A DNA stretch of 64,000 nucleotides from Oculina patagonica (GCF_052425735.1 NC_135770.1:16678001-16742000); one strand, 5' to 3'. Counted from the stretch's first letter, positions 22,261 through 36,683 are shown. Notes: a model not told the origin generated them from the letters alone. Numbers and translations: made by a program.

Positions 22261-25200
22261 TTCCGATTTTAAGGATTAAAAGAACCAAAAACGTTGGTCA
22301 GGTGAAAGAAATAAAAATAAAGATATTCAGCTGCAGAGAGATCCAGTGCGAGTGCCACTAGGCAAACGGGCAAATTAAATTGCCAATTAAATATAAACCC
22401 CGCCTAAGAGCGAGACGAACAGTAAAAATGTTACAGTGAGTAACAGCAAGAATCAATCTAAGCGGTCTCCTATGCACTAAGCTCTATTTCAGCCGAGTGC
22501 GGGCTCATTTCCCCAAACAGCGGCTAACAATCGAGCCTACCTGCGCTACATTGGACGATTAACGACATGTATGATCGATGAGAAAAAAATATTGCAGCTT
22601 TTTCCTGCTTCACGAAGTTTATACAAACATTAAAAGGTGCTGCCATGGCACTTTGAATGAACTTCCTTAAAAGACACTGTTATTTCGATACTGGAAATTC
22701 CCTAGTGATAAATAATAGATGGCCATGTAGTAATAAACCAATAGGAGAAAGGTTTTCTGAGCCTTGTTTGTTTCCCGCGTGCAGGAGGAAAAAAACATCC
22801 GTTGCTCGACTACTGTGATTTAACGACGGTAGGTGAAATTCTCAGGAAACATCTTGTAGCAAGCAATAAATCTCCATTCCTCCCTTCACAGGCTTCTCAT
22901 TCACATTTTACGTTTGCATTTGTCCTAAAATTTAGCTTCACTGTGTAGCCAACATTACGTGTATTTCGTAATGATCTGTGATTATGACAGATTGCCAACA
23001 CACCAAAATTTAAATAATTAACACGCAAGGAAAATTCCCGACGATAATTGAAAAAGCGCAATTTTTAAAATACAAACAAAATAACTGTGTTGCTCTGTTG
23101 TTTATGGAACAGTTTTTTTTAGAACGAGGACATTATCACTACGCCAGCCGACTGTGTGTGCATTTTTCTTAACAGAACAGATGCAATCAGCATGTCCTAT
23201 AAATCACACTCCAGTCTCAAGTTGTTGCTAATCACAACGGATGTGTACACCCGACTCGATATGAGCCTAAAACTTACAACTATTACAATCTTAATCAAAT
23301 CTATTCTTATTTTCATTTTGCGACATGAAACCAAAACTCTATTTAGGTAGACTTAATTTGGGTATAACGCTTCTATATTCCTTAAACGCTTTTCATAAAA
23401 CCTCTCGAGGACTCTCGACTACGGAGTTTTAAAATTACACAATTTTTATGCAACAGTAGTATTCTGATACATCATCAGGTAGCTTGGCAAAAAAATCATT
23501 TTCAACTGTAGACGTCTCTTAGGCCCCGTCCAAACTGACCCGGGTAAATTTGAAAACGCTTCCCAAAAATCTTTTCCGTCCACATTAACCCGGGTAAATT
23601 TAAAAACGATACCCACTTTGGAGAGCGTTTTTGAAAAGAACCGTTTTCGGTGACCGAAATCGCCGGTTCAGTGTAGAAGGGAGCCTTACTTTAAATAATA
23701 AAAAATAATTCTCATGGTATGATTAATCCATTCAAAATTAAAATATGTTTTAACAGTGCTTAGACAATATAAAGTGACAGGATATTATTAATAGGTTTAT
23801 GCTGATAAGAAATCTTCCGATCTTTAGAAAGAGGTCGGAAAAGCGTTCTAAAGGTCTTTTGGATTTTTTTTTTTAATTTCGACGCGGGGCGAGTTGTCAA
23901 CTCAGTGGAGTAATGGCTCTAATTGCTGGGCTAACAGCCGATTTGTTTTCAATTTGGACTTAAAGTATTGATAAAATAAACGGCATTTTTATAATACTTT
24001 ATTTAAGGGATAGACTGGATATTGCATATTTAATATAAGCTGTAAATTAATCAGGATCCATACGAGGTGGCGGGGACGCGAAACCGGAACACAATTAACG
24101 CGTTTATAAGAGTAGTTTCCTACAAAACAGGAAAATATGAAAATTAAGAACCATGTTTTGAAAACATAGAATCTTTATTTCAGAAGTGTGATAAGCCTTT
24201 TGCTTTTAAAAGAGGTAAGAGGAGTTTTATTCGATAATTGAATCTAATCTGTAAAGTGACAGCCAGGCCCTCAACATGAGAGGCTTTTATGTCGCCTAGA
24301 AACAGCGCAAATACGAAACTCGGCACAAAGTACTACATCGATTGAGAATACAAATAGATAAAAAAAACCTTTCCCAAATTTTCAAAACTTAAGTCGCCTC
24401 GGTCGCTAAAGTGCTTGAAATTATGCACTGAGAGTTTGAGAGGGATTTGGATTAAGCTGAAAATCTAGCAGACACAATTATAATCGCTTGTTTTTGAATT
24501 AAACGGCTACATAATTGTACCAAAAAGAAACAACATTTAGACAGTGTCAATCGTATATGTGCCATGCGTAATTATTGCACTAGTATTTTTAAAAGTTATC
24601 TTTGAATCGTCCTTGAATCCTGTATTCTTTACTCGCCCTCGCTGATACGGTTTGCCATCTTTTTTGTTTAAATAGCATAAATTACAGGTCTACCAACTTA
24701 TAATTTATGCTATATTGAAACAAGCTACATGCTAAAAATAAACCGACATTTACCTATGAGATGCTGTGCATAAAACAATAATACATTAAAAGAGACTCTT
24801 AACATCGAGAAAAGCAATAATACCTGAGATAAGAAATTTCCATTTATTTCTCGCGAAGCCAGCTGAATCGAATTTGGGTTCAATGTTATTAATACGACAA
24901 AAGCCATTGCTGCAATGCGTGTGTTGGCTGTTTTCAATCTATCTGTCAAAAGCGCAGGTGAATAAATAAGGTCCTTTTCACATTATCTTTGCCTAATAGT
25001 ATCGTCGGATCACTATACATTGACTCGGACGGTGTTTTCGCCGCAAAAACTCAATGAAACTTTTATGCTGCGTTCAGGATAACTGTCATCTTGGAAGCCA
25101 AAGGCAAGTCAGCATGAAGACAGGTTTTGAATTTTTCATCGACTTAATAAATAATATATTGCCTTTTGTCCCGTTTCAGGGTATTTTTCTTGAGATATTT

Positions 25201-27850
25201 GACAGCAGAGGAGGAAAGGTAAGTTTTCGTTAAAACCGAGTCAGATGTTTCAAAATGTTGTTGTATGGAAGAAAGAGTGGGCTCATACAAACGAACGAGT
25301 TTTGGCGCATTTTTTAAGCCTAAACTAGCGCCCGCAAACGACTAGCACAAGCGAGGAATACTGACTTTCGCTTAGATAGCGAAATTAAATTAAAATGATA
25401 GACAAGTTCATATAAAATGCAAATACAGTTTCCTCTCGGAAGGAAAATTTGAGAGGAGTATTATGATTAGGAAATGCCGCATTTCCAATTGAGTAAAATG
25501 AAATACTTGAAAAGCACTGTGGCTGCACATTTTACTGGAAAACAAAACGGTCGACTTTTTAGCTTCAGCGTTTTCTGATTTTGATGATCAGTGGACTACA
25601 GCTTTATATTCCAAAAACCGCAAAGTTGTTGAAGCGTATTTGTTCCGTTTGTGAAACACTGTTTGAATTTTGAAACATCAATTTTAAGGGGGACTTTCCA
25701 AGTAAAACTAAGGTTGTCTGAAGCAAAAAAGACATTTCAGTATTTCGTCGTAAGGATTCGCAAGCGTAGATAAGTTATTGCTGCATATGATTTTAACAGT
25801 CGTTTTAGACTGTAACACAATGAAATCATTCAATAAGTTCACATGTTTAATCAAGGTATTAAACTGAAAAAAAAAACCGTCGCCAAAATTATCATTTTTT
25901 GGCACGAATCGATTTTTTTTCCTAGTGGCGTTTGTTTAATACATTAAGCAAGCGGTAACTTGAACCTCACAAACGAGCAAGTGACATCGGAGGGAGTAAA
26001 ATTTACACTGCTAATGATAACGCGAACACAGACGTTTTCTAGAACATAAACATATTTTTGTTTGCATCGAAAGCCATGGCAACAGCCCACATTTTAGACA
26101 GTGAAACACAAAGGGCACTTTTGATACGAAAAATCCAGACAAGATTTTTATTAAAACACTCCAGAGTCATCTTACAAAACGTTTTAGTGAAGTCAAAGGT
26201 TATAACATTAAAAACTTCTCAGAAAAAAAATAAGCGGGTTTTTTTTTTCACCTAAATAAGTTAAGCACGGACAACTCGAACTACTTTCGTTTAACGGGTT
26301 TGGCGTAATTAATGCGGGATATTAAAGTCACGGTATATAATCAGTGGTGTTTTCCAGTTTTATAATTCTGTTCACAACTCAATAAATATAATTGCGTCTC
26401 GCTAAATTTTTAATATCTTTCTATTCCCTCGAGCCCCGATGAAAAATAGTGCAGGTGTGCGCGTGTATCGAGAAATCCACGCGTATCACTGTTGATGGCT
26501 AAGAAAATGCGCGCGTGATTTTTAACGGTGTTCATTATCCATTCCGTACCCAGGGTTGTTATTTAGAGCTTAAAAGGGAGAAGGGGAACCCGGGTAGGCA
26601 ATGTTCTATACGGGGAGGCTCCTTCCCAAAGTCCAAACCTTACCGTTACCTTTATCTTTTTTGACAGAAAAGGTAATCCTATCATATACCTTCCCTGAAA
26701 AACGACACCTCTTTCACCTTTTCTAAACTTTTCACTCGAGTAAACTTTACAATTCTTAGATGAATCAGCCTTTCGACACCTAAGGGGCATTTTCCCCAAC
26801 CCTTGCTAGGTGCCCCTTTCGGGTGGAGCATTCCCCAGTGCCCGTATAATTAAATATAAGGAGTAATCCCCTCGGGGAATGGAATCAGTTAATTTTGTTG
26901 AGGTCAGGTTAAATTATTAATGAGATTGGACTGAACGCGGGTTTTCAAAATTCCAAGTGGTATAACTTTGTTTCAGAAATTTCCCCTCCTCTTTTTACTT
27001 GTTGACGTTGCACACAATCTGATCTCACGAAGAACGTGGTCCTCGGAGTCAATTTGGCTTAAGGAAATTATTAGATCTCTCGCATTCTTGATTAGCAATT
27101 TTCTTGTGTGGAGACTACGCTTAATAATATTTCTGTCAAAATTAAAATTGACGTGACCTTTATAATGGGTCTTGCCTGTCTTGATGATGAATTACATCCG
27201 TGACATTGTCAATGATGATTATGATGTAATTCATCATCAATAAAAGGGTTGATGCATGATAACTGACAAAAATTTGATTGAATGATTAATAGCGTGAAGG
27301 CAAGTTCGCCTGTGTTTCCGAACTTTTAGTGTCTATAAGAAGTTTCTAAAAAAGGCACACAGGATTTGAGGGAGGGGTGAATAGGGGTACGAAAATTCGA
27401 GAACCAGTGCTATTTTTGGCCCAATTTCAATGCGTGGCTCTGCCACCATTTTCGTTCAAATCCGGCTCTGCGATACTTGAGAATGTTCTGTGTAATGATT
27501 TCGCTGCAGTACGCTGTAAATGTTTGTTTTTATATATAAGTGTCTTAATAAGCTCGTCCCAATTTATCTCTGTAATATATTTACTCAAAAATTGCGTCTT
27601 ACTATCTTGGCGACGCCACACAAAAATTGTTTCTACCGAAATCAAGATCTCCCAATTGAACACGAATAGAAAAAATTCACCAACTCAACCAATCATAAAC
27701 AGAACTGACATCACGGCCTTATCTAGCGTTTCCGGGACCCATTTAAACTCTTGGGTAGAACGGTGGCGCTGTGAGAGTAAAATGTCTTGAGAATCAGTAT
27801 TTTTTCTCTAGTTTAAGAAAACAAGAAGTGCAACTTAACGAGATCTCACC

Positions 27851-30230
27851 ATGTGCAGCAAGAAAGTCGCCGGTATAGCGATGCTCGTTACAGGCGTCAT
27901 ATTAGTAGCACTAGGTGTCATCATAGGACTACTCTTACCAAACAAAGCGCAAAAGACAGTAGAAGACAATGCATGTGTGGACAGTAAGGACAGCCCAGGA
28001 TATAAAAGATGGGTAAGTTTACCGCTTACTTGACAGGAGAACGATTTGCGTAATGATTCAATTTAATGCTCAGGGCGCTTAAGGGATTGCGCTTGTTGGA
28101 GGACAGGAGAGTAGGCACTTAGTGGGGATGGGGGTTTATTTCTTTTTTGAAATAAACACCTGAATGTGGAAATGAATGACAGGTCTTTTGTTTGGGGTAA
28201 CTGTGTCCTTCTATGAAAATAACAGTCGAGACACTTAAAAGACCATTTATTTTGTAATACAGGAATCAGGTGTGAGCATTTCAGAAGGAAGTTATACCAC
28301 AGATGATTTCAATGTGCTCTGTTGGCACCGTATTTGAAAAAGAATAGGGGCACTTGTTGGAACAGGGGGTGCTTACGTAATAGGGTGCTTGTGGTAAAGG
28401 GGCGGTTAAAAATAAATAAATTACTATTAAAAAGAACATATTCAGAGGGGACGCTTATTGGAAGGGCGCTTAATTGAATCATTACGGTAAATAATCTTTC
28501 TACTTTTGATATAAACTTTCAGATTTTGCAGCTACCCATTGGTGAGCTGTTGTCACTGTTACAGATCGCCCGGTTGCAATTCGACTGAGGATAAAATATA
28601 CCTCAAACCCCCAGCGACCGAATATTTGCAACTCACAAGCGTACTGAATAAGTTCTTGCTGCCTATTGGCAATAGATAAAGAAACGTTATCGAAAAATCT
28701 AATTATTGTTGAAGGGGCTTCTTTCATAGCTCGCAGTCTGACTTGTCCAGGTGGGTAAAATAGATTGTCATTTTGTAAAGCTTTACACCTTGTAACAAAA
28801 ACTTCACAGAAGGGTAGTTTAAACCTTATTTCTGTCTACATGCTAGTGGGTTTTTCACCGGTGACACTGTCCTACTGATGTTTAACCTCTATTCTAGGAA
28901 GGTCCAGCTCACTTTACGACAAAAGCTTACATATGGAACATAACAAATAAAGAAGGATTTCTCTATCGAGGAGAAAAGCCAAAGGTACTTCCATTCCAAT
29001 TAACATAAACAGAAAGTAGAGGGCATTAGCTAGAACTTTTGTAACAGCTAGAAAAGTTCACAAGCAAGAAATATGATAAGATTTTGTACCAACTTAATCA
29101 ATCCCCCAAAGTGGTATACAAATTAAAGAAGTTATTCAGAATGTTTTCTAATACGGCTGTTTATCAAACCGCTAAGGGGCCAACAAGTAACCTCAACTAA
29201 TCAGAGTGCGCATTATGTAACGTTTGTACAGTTCTTTCAAACACATAAATTAAAGTTGGGTAATAACTGATTTCCCAGGACCGTATTTGGATTATAAAGG
29301 TCCTTCGGTCTTTTCTATGCAAACCTTGGCTCGCTATACTCAATCCGTACTCGGTCAGACCCAGAGGCGATATTATTCTTGTGTGGCTTCATCCTTACTG
29401 AGTAAGTTGAGTAATTATGTTTTTCTTTTCAGCTCGTAGAAAGAGGTCCTTATGTCTACAGCATAGAGTCAAAGAAAGTAGACGTGAAATTCGAAACAGG
29501 GAAGGTAACAAGCAAGTCATTTGAGCAAGCCAAGTTTAACAAGACGCTTACTGAAAAGGAATGTCCAACATGTCGTGAAGACGATAAGGTTTGTCCAGAT
29601 CTTATAATTTGTTGGAAATCCGGGTGAGATTCTCATGTTTAAGGGGCGGGGGTGATTCTCGATAAATGTAGTTAAACCCCTTAATTAAGGAGACCAATTA
29701 GGCCCTGTTAGGGTTTTAGGATTATGGGTTATAAGTAATAGTAATTGGACGAGGGAGACAAGGGAGCGGGCGAGTAATCAAAATCGGCCGAGCGCGCAGG
29801 GAGGACGATTGAAATAACGAGCACGATACCCTGAGACGACACGAGCCAATACTAATTAATCGGCAAACAAAATCGAGGTAGGAAGCAGGAACCCTGAAGA
29901 AAAAGCAAAGGTAAACAATTGGGCACACAAAGAGAAAACAGCAAGAAAAAAACCATTCAAATGCGCGTGATGACGCGCGGAGGGTAGGTGTCCAATACAG
30001 GACCTGAAGTGCTCAAATTGGATACCTGTAATTGGACACCCACGTGACGCGGCGAACGCGAAAAAGGGGCGCAGAACCAATCAAAATCGAGAATTTTGTT
30101 ATAGACACGATAAGGGTTTTTAGAATAGGGATATAGATTATTGGTCAGTAAATTTGAGAATTACGGATCATTTGTGTTGCATTTACAAATTGCGGATTAT
30201 TATCGGTCATTATCTTGAGGGATGATGATA

Positions 30231-30300
<70 letters not shown>

Positions 30301-33300
30301 TAAAAAAATACGGATTATTTCCAAAATGTACAATCTGGTGAAGCCTTAAGCTTTATTCGACCCTTAAAAAACGCCATGCCAGAACAGACGAGTCGAGCAA
30401 ATAAGAGCTATAATGACCTTTGATACATATTAAAAAACGGGCCGATGAAGACGTTGATTTCGAATACTTTCATCCATGGAGAAATTTTGAAGATTTTACT
30501 GACTGATCGAATCGATCTAAACTGATAGCAAAACATGACGGCATTTTCTTATTTCTAGCAATCCTGTAAACTACTAGTTTTTTTTTATGAGCATAGAGCT
30601 AAGATTGAAATAAATGTTCAGTAAAAGAAAATTGAGTCACTTTAAACTGAACGGACAATATCATTTTTAGATGAAGAAAAGTGAAATGTCAGAAAATGGG
30701 CCGCGGAAACTGTTGGTGGCGACCCCCGGCTATCACACCCAACCAACCTTTTAATTGTTTTGCGGGCACTTTTGACGTAATCTTATAATTGTACAGCGCC
30801 ACCATATCTAAATTTGTTTCTATTGGGGGGGCGCGGAGGTACTTAATTTAGCGAATATTAAATTTGACTGAGACAAATTTTAGAGAGTACGAAATTTAGC
30901 AATTTCCGATCAACTCGTTATAATTGCTAAAATTATGTAGCCGCTTACAATAGCAACCTTAAGGTATATCATTGCCTCTTGATCGGGTCGAAAAAGATAA
31001 GTAATGAGATGAGATTAAGATGAGTGAGATAAGATGAGAGGTAAATTAAAGTGAGGTAAGTGAGGTGTGGTTAAATTAATAAAATACTTCGTAAACTAGT
31101 GAAAGAAGACGTCACTGTATGATACAAACGACAAAGGTTTTTTTTTCTTCCTTTGTAGCTGACCGTCTTAAATGCTGCCTATCTTGGTTTAATGGCAGAA
31201 GCTGGATCAGCAGAGAACTTTGGCCTGGCTTTCATACCGCTCGTATTGAACCTCATATTTCAAGGGCTCAGTCCAGTAGCAAAGAACCTAAACGTTACTC
31301 TGCTTGACGAGATGGGAAAAACTCACAGCCAGTTGCTGTTTAAATCCTTCCTTCAACCCTGCCTTTGGTTCGTGGTTTAATTCCAATCCTGTATTTAATT
31401 CCAATCCAGCATTTGCGTCTGCTCGAAAAAACTTTTACTTTTATAGAGATGAACGGTTTATACGGCTCACTGCTGAATTCTTCAAAGTTTGGCCCCTTCA
31501 CAGATCCAAAACTGCTAAACAAATGCATAGCTGGTACTTTGACTATAGAATGCGGTCTTGCAGTAAATTTTGGGTTTCTTCAGCACAACCTAGGCCATTT
31601 AATAACACTGCATTAGGGTTTATAAGTAGCCTCTTGTGTCCAAATCCATGCATTGGCTTGCTTTAATATATCACATCCCTTCAGCATTAGCAGCTGTTGG
31701 AGTCATTCATCGGGGAATTGCCTAAGGTCGTCATGTGGTACTTGGACAGCAACAACTACGGCCTTACGACAACTCGCAATCCGAGTGAAATAACACTTGG
31801 TTACGTGATGGAAATATCTGCCTTTGCCTTTTTCACCTGAGAATAAAGACGGGATACTTGTCCCAGGCACAGTTACCTCGCATGCAAAAGAATCAGATGT
31901 GAAGTCAAGCTCGACGTTCTATACGTGTGAATCCACGGTTGGTGACCGTTTCACTTATGCAGGTATACAGAGTTCGATTTAGCGCCCTCCTTTACACTCT
32001 ATATTAAGGGCCCCCTTTTCAATGTGTTTTTGTTTATAAGTGCCCTTTTTAACAAGCGCCCACTTTCCATTTATTTTTGCTAATAAGCTCCCCTATACTA
32101 GTTAGTGTTGTATTACGCATAATAACGTGTCTCTATTCCAATTAATCGTCCACCTAACAATACATTTCGGTAAATATCTGTTAGGAAGACCTATAATCGC
32201 CTACGATTTTCGGTTTAAAGTGTGATCAAAATGGTCATCTTCTTTAGCTCGAACTTTCGTGATCCATGTCGAATGTTATTAATGACTGGTATTTTCATGG
32301 GAGGAGAAAAATTCGTTTTGGTTACAAAAAAGGCCGGTTGGAAGTTTGAAAGACAAAGCGCTCATAAATTTGGGATAACGTTTCCTTCCCTAAAATTTTC
32401 TGAAGTTTGAAAGTCTAGCTTGTATCCTTTTTTTATCGTCAAGAATTTTCAAGACTAAAAATCGCACAAAAAGGACACTTATAACGTAAAAACGGTGTAA
32501 AACCCCGGGTGTAAAAAATATAAAATAAAAATTAAAAAATATTTAGATTTGTTGGGGGCCCCGGCCCTTTCATTTAATATCCTACAACTAATTTTTCCGG
32601 GAAAGGCAGAGGAAAAAAAATTACCGGAAAAAAAAATTTTTAAGAAACATTTACCCAAAGTTAAAAACCCTTTTTTCTCTGTCTTGTACAAAGAAAAACT
32701 TTTACCCGTTTGTTTGCCAAGTGCGAAAAAAACCGGCAAAGTGCTACACACATCTGACTGTATATGGCGTATTTTATCATAACATTTTTTTGCTCTACGG
32801 TTTGTAGAGCTTGCAGGAAGACTTGATGACTATTTTCTTGTGGGAATACCAATTTTTTAAATAATAGTTTGATTATTGATTTTCACTTCCTGTAGGGGAA
32901 TATACCTTAAAATAATTTTCCGGCCTCGCTAGCTGGATTGCTCGATTCCAAATAAATGGCTGTTTAGGTTTTTCTCAAAGTCGACCGTGCATCATTTTGA
33001 AATAATAAACGTCTGATTAATGACATTTTAAATTTCTCTTTTTAGCGGTCAATGGCCAAAGCGAAGTAATGAAGGCTCTCTATCCAAACGCATCTCCCAA
33101 ACAGCTCAAGGTTCGGGGCTACTATGTTCAGTTCCCGGGAGCCAAGAGTCTGAAAGCTTGCTCAACCAAGTACACGCCGTTGGCTAAGAGCTACGAGCTT
33201 TTCATATCAACATTTCTTCTTGCTGTTCCCATTACTTACAAGGAAGATGTCGAGGTACACGACATCCCAATGCACAAATATGTGCTGGACAAGTCTGCAC

Positions 33301-34327
33301 TTGAAGTTAACAACGTCACTGTGTTCACCCGAGGGATTTTTGACGTCACCCGGGTTATGAAGGGTCCTATCTACGCAAGCCTCCCGGGATTTCTCCATGG
33401 TGATCCATCGCTCTACAAGGAATTGGATCTTAACGCGCCAGAGACAGAAAAATACGAATCTTTTGTAAGTATTAGCTTGTGTTTATATTGCAATGTACTT
33501 ACACTACTGTAAAAATCAAGTTAGAACGAGTATTGAGTTAGAAAACATCACGAGGGAATTAAGATAACACAAACTTAAAAAGAATTTGGGATTCATTTCC
33601 AGCACTTTTAATTAGGATTAATTCTCTACTTTCCAGCTTCTAGTAGCAGTGCTGCGTATTGCAACATTATCTTAAGAATATTAGTTTGTAGGAAACTGGA
33701 ACCATCAGGAAGGATTTCTACTTCGGAGGCATATATATTGTCACAGTGTTTAAAAAATACAGGAGGTTCCCAATAATTTCACGCTTACAACCAGGTAGAG
33801 GTCAGTCTTATATTGCCTCATTTAACAGTTCCAGGTTGATTTGCTTTTCTCTCTTACAGCTTAGTGTTGAACCGATATCTGGAACTGCCATGCATCTCAA
33901 ACTTCGCATTCAACTGAATGGAAAGATTTTAGATTCGTCATTGTCTCCAAGTTACCCGGGAACAAAGAATGTGACCTTCCTGAACAAACAGATACCAATC
34001 TCTTGGACAGAAACAGAAGCAATCATTGATCCAGAGACTGCCAAGGAATACAGCTCACAGGTAAATAGACTGAGCAGATTACCCCTGAAGGTTGGGTGGG
34101 GCTGATCCTGGGTCACATCATGCAATAACGTTAGGTTTTGTCACGCAAGTTTGGGCGACGAACCCTACCGATTTCTGCGTAGGAGTAGAGCTCCACTTGG
34201 GAACAGATCAAACACAGCACTCGGGAACTGGTCACAACCGATGGGTGTGGAGGGAAGCGCGTCGGGCCAGAGCCCATCAGGCCGAAGCGACCCGGCAGCT
34301 GAAGTGACAGGAGTGCCACCACCGGAT

Positions 34328-34359
<32 letters not shown>

Positions 34360-35110
34360 CTTTCCTCCACCTGGAAACATATCAAACACTATAGCACTCG
34401 GGAACTGGTCACAACCAAAGGGTGGAGAAAGGTGAAGTCTGCGTTCGGGCCTAAGAGGCCCATCAGGCCGGAGCGTATCCCGGTTTCAGCTGCATTTAGT
34501 GACTAGGAGTATTTCCACTCACTCCTGGATGGGATGCTAGTCCATTGCAAGGTTACCCCAGCATTGTATTCGCCGGTATACATTTAAGCACCTGGGTCTC
34601 GGACCCAGACCGTTCGATCCGGAGTCCAGCCCGCTGACCATTAGGCCACTGTGTGCTTAGCAACGTTTTAGCATTTTTTCGGATTTTGGGAAACTTTCTA
34701 TCAAGCGAGCATGCGCAACCTTTTTTTTGTTTTTCAGCAACTTTAAAGTATTTTTGAAGTAATTTTTTTTTTATTTCTCCCACGTCTGGATAGACCTCCC
34801 CCCCCCTCCCACATGTCCGACTCTCAGAGAACAAAAAAAAAAAAAAAAAAAATCTGCTAATTTTAACGGTATTTTTAGTATTTCAGAATACACTTTTTTA
34901 GCTATACTATAATAATCCTTAGAGTATTTTATAAGCAACAAATCTTTTTTTATGTATCTGATTTCCTTGTTATTGCAGCTTTTTGGAGGTCTGCGACTGT
35001 CGTGTGGCTTGCTCGTGGCTTTGCCTGTGATTGGCGGAATCTTAGTCATACTGGGCGTGGTATTTATTGTACTTGCTGTCAAGAAAAGTGATTCTGTGAC
35101 GGCTGCGTGA
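27851..35110 (+). CDS. CD36/SCARB/LIMP-II family class B scavenger receptor; coding exons 27851-28012, 28898-28984, 29433-29588, 31159-31962 (frameshifted as assembled), 33046-33464, 33860-34060, 34979-35110
   Basis: N- and C-terminal TM helices. Family motifs YIWNITN..GEKPKLVERGPYVY, TVLN, PIYASLPGFLHGDP, VEPISG..KLRIQLN, IPISW. All junctions are GT-AG and phase-compatible apart from indels inside exon 4. Confidence 0.88.
29727..30111. repeat. Interspersed repeat (probable non-autonomous DNA element) in CD36 intron 3
   Basis: GC-richer block with sharp edges and text I recall as a common coral repeat (GTAATAGTAATTGGAC...GAATTTTGTTATAG). Recognition only, not verified. Confidence 0.45.
30231..30300. 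repeat. (ATT)n microsatellite, ~23 units
   Basis: Perfect trinucleotide run. Confidence 0.98.
34430..34652 (-). mobile_element. tRNA-derived SINE
   Basis: Minus-strand head GTGGCCTAATGGTCAGCG...GGGTCCGAGACCC and body GACTAGCATCCCATCCAGG...CCTGATGGGCC; related copy at ~40440-40725. Confidence 0.7.
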
Positions 35111-36683
35111 ACCATCCATAAAGACTGTACATACAGAGCAAGAAACGTAGAACTATGTGTGATCTTGTCCATAAGACAGTCCAATATTTGAACCCTTGCG
35201 ACAGATCATTTGTTGCATAAACTGAAACGTGATTACAAGACTTTTACTGACAGATGTGCATTTTGTAAATTTGCCAAGTTTTATTTATTATATTGTAATG
35301 TTAGTTCATACCGTGACAAGTTGGTCAATACAAGTTACATTTGTATAGAGAAAATCTCTTTCCGAGGAAAGAAAGAGTTCAAGAAAGAAAGAAAGAAAGA
35401 CTCTTCTTTTGAGCGAGCAATGACCAAGCTCACATGTTTGTTCTCGAACTTTAGAAGAAATCAGAAGTTTAATAAGTTTAATACTTTATCTTTCATAGAA
35501 AACGATGATGAAGCAGATAGTTAATTAGTACAAATAAGATCAGATTATATGTAAACTGTACATTTCATTAAATAATCACTGTCGTTGTGGAAACTTGCTA
35601 AATCCAGTATATGGATGCTTTAAATCTAATATTACAATCTAGCATCGTAGAATAAGGCGCGGTAAACCTGGTAAGGAAATGCAGAATTCTCGGATCCAAC
35701 GAGCATTATGTTTATCTTAGTATGAAACACTTTACTCCGACACTGCCTCCTTTCATGTTTTAGGGTGAATAAATTATGTGCATTGGTACTTGGCAGAAAC
35801 GCTACAGGTGACGGTGCTGGAGTTCGGGGGGAGGGAGGGGGGAGAGTGATACAGGAAGATGCAATAGATTTTTTATTATAGGAGGGATCTTTTTTTGTGG
35901 TGGTGGTTTTGTTTTGGGGGGGGAAAAAATAGCATAACCCCGAACCCTCCCTCCCCATCCCCTTTAGAAGCGACCAGGTCTACAACTCTTCAGAAAGCTC
36001 ACTGGCTACGCCCCTGTCTAGTTTGATATATTACTTCAAATAAGCTAATGCACTCCATTTCTACCACTTCTTTCGCATCGCAGTATTCGTTCTTCTCCGG
36101 CTGTTTGAGGGAGGGCTTGCTATGCTTGTTGATCACTGGAGCCTATTTCACGGCATCTTTTAATTCATTTGACGGAGGGTACGAAGGTCACTGTTTTGTC
36201 TTTTTTTGTTGAAGTACAAACTCTTTGTAAAATATATTATGAATGTTCAAATGGAATTATGAGCGAGAACGATTTAGACAACGAAACACTCAAAACAATT
36301 CTACATTTTATTACATTTGTTAATATATTTTTCTTTAACCCTACAATTGTAAACTTTTAACGCATTTTCTTATTACTGAACTATAAACTTATTCTGAACA
36401 AGTTAAACAAAATTAAACAGCTATTCTGATCTGAATGGACATCATAATAAAATAATATTGCAACAGCCATGCTTAGAAAATGAACGATAAATACTTTACT
36501 GGGGCGTAACCAAAAATGTTCTCGTTACAGAACTATATCAGGTTTATACCATAACTGAAAAAGAATATTTTTAACATCATGGGGCCAAAAATGTCAATCG
36601 GGGTGATAAACACAAGAAGAACACAACCAATAAAATAGGGCGAGGAGGAAGGGGTTTATTTTCCACAAATAGTCAATTAATTT

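Noticed and set aside
30145-30333. Poly-Asn ORF
   Set aside because: Translation of the intronic (ATT)n microsatellite.
34092-34435. Poly-Lys/poly-Phe ORFs and a possible retrocopy with poly(A)
   Set aside because: Produced by the T run between a duplicated segment; likely an assembly artefact with no coding signal.
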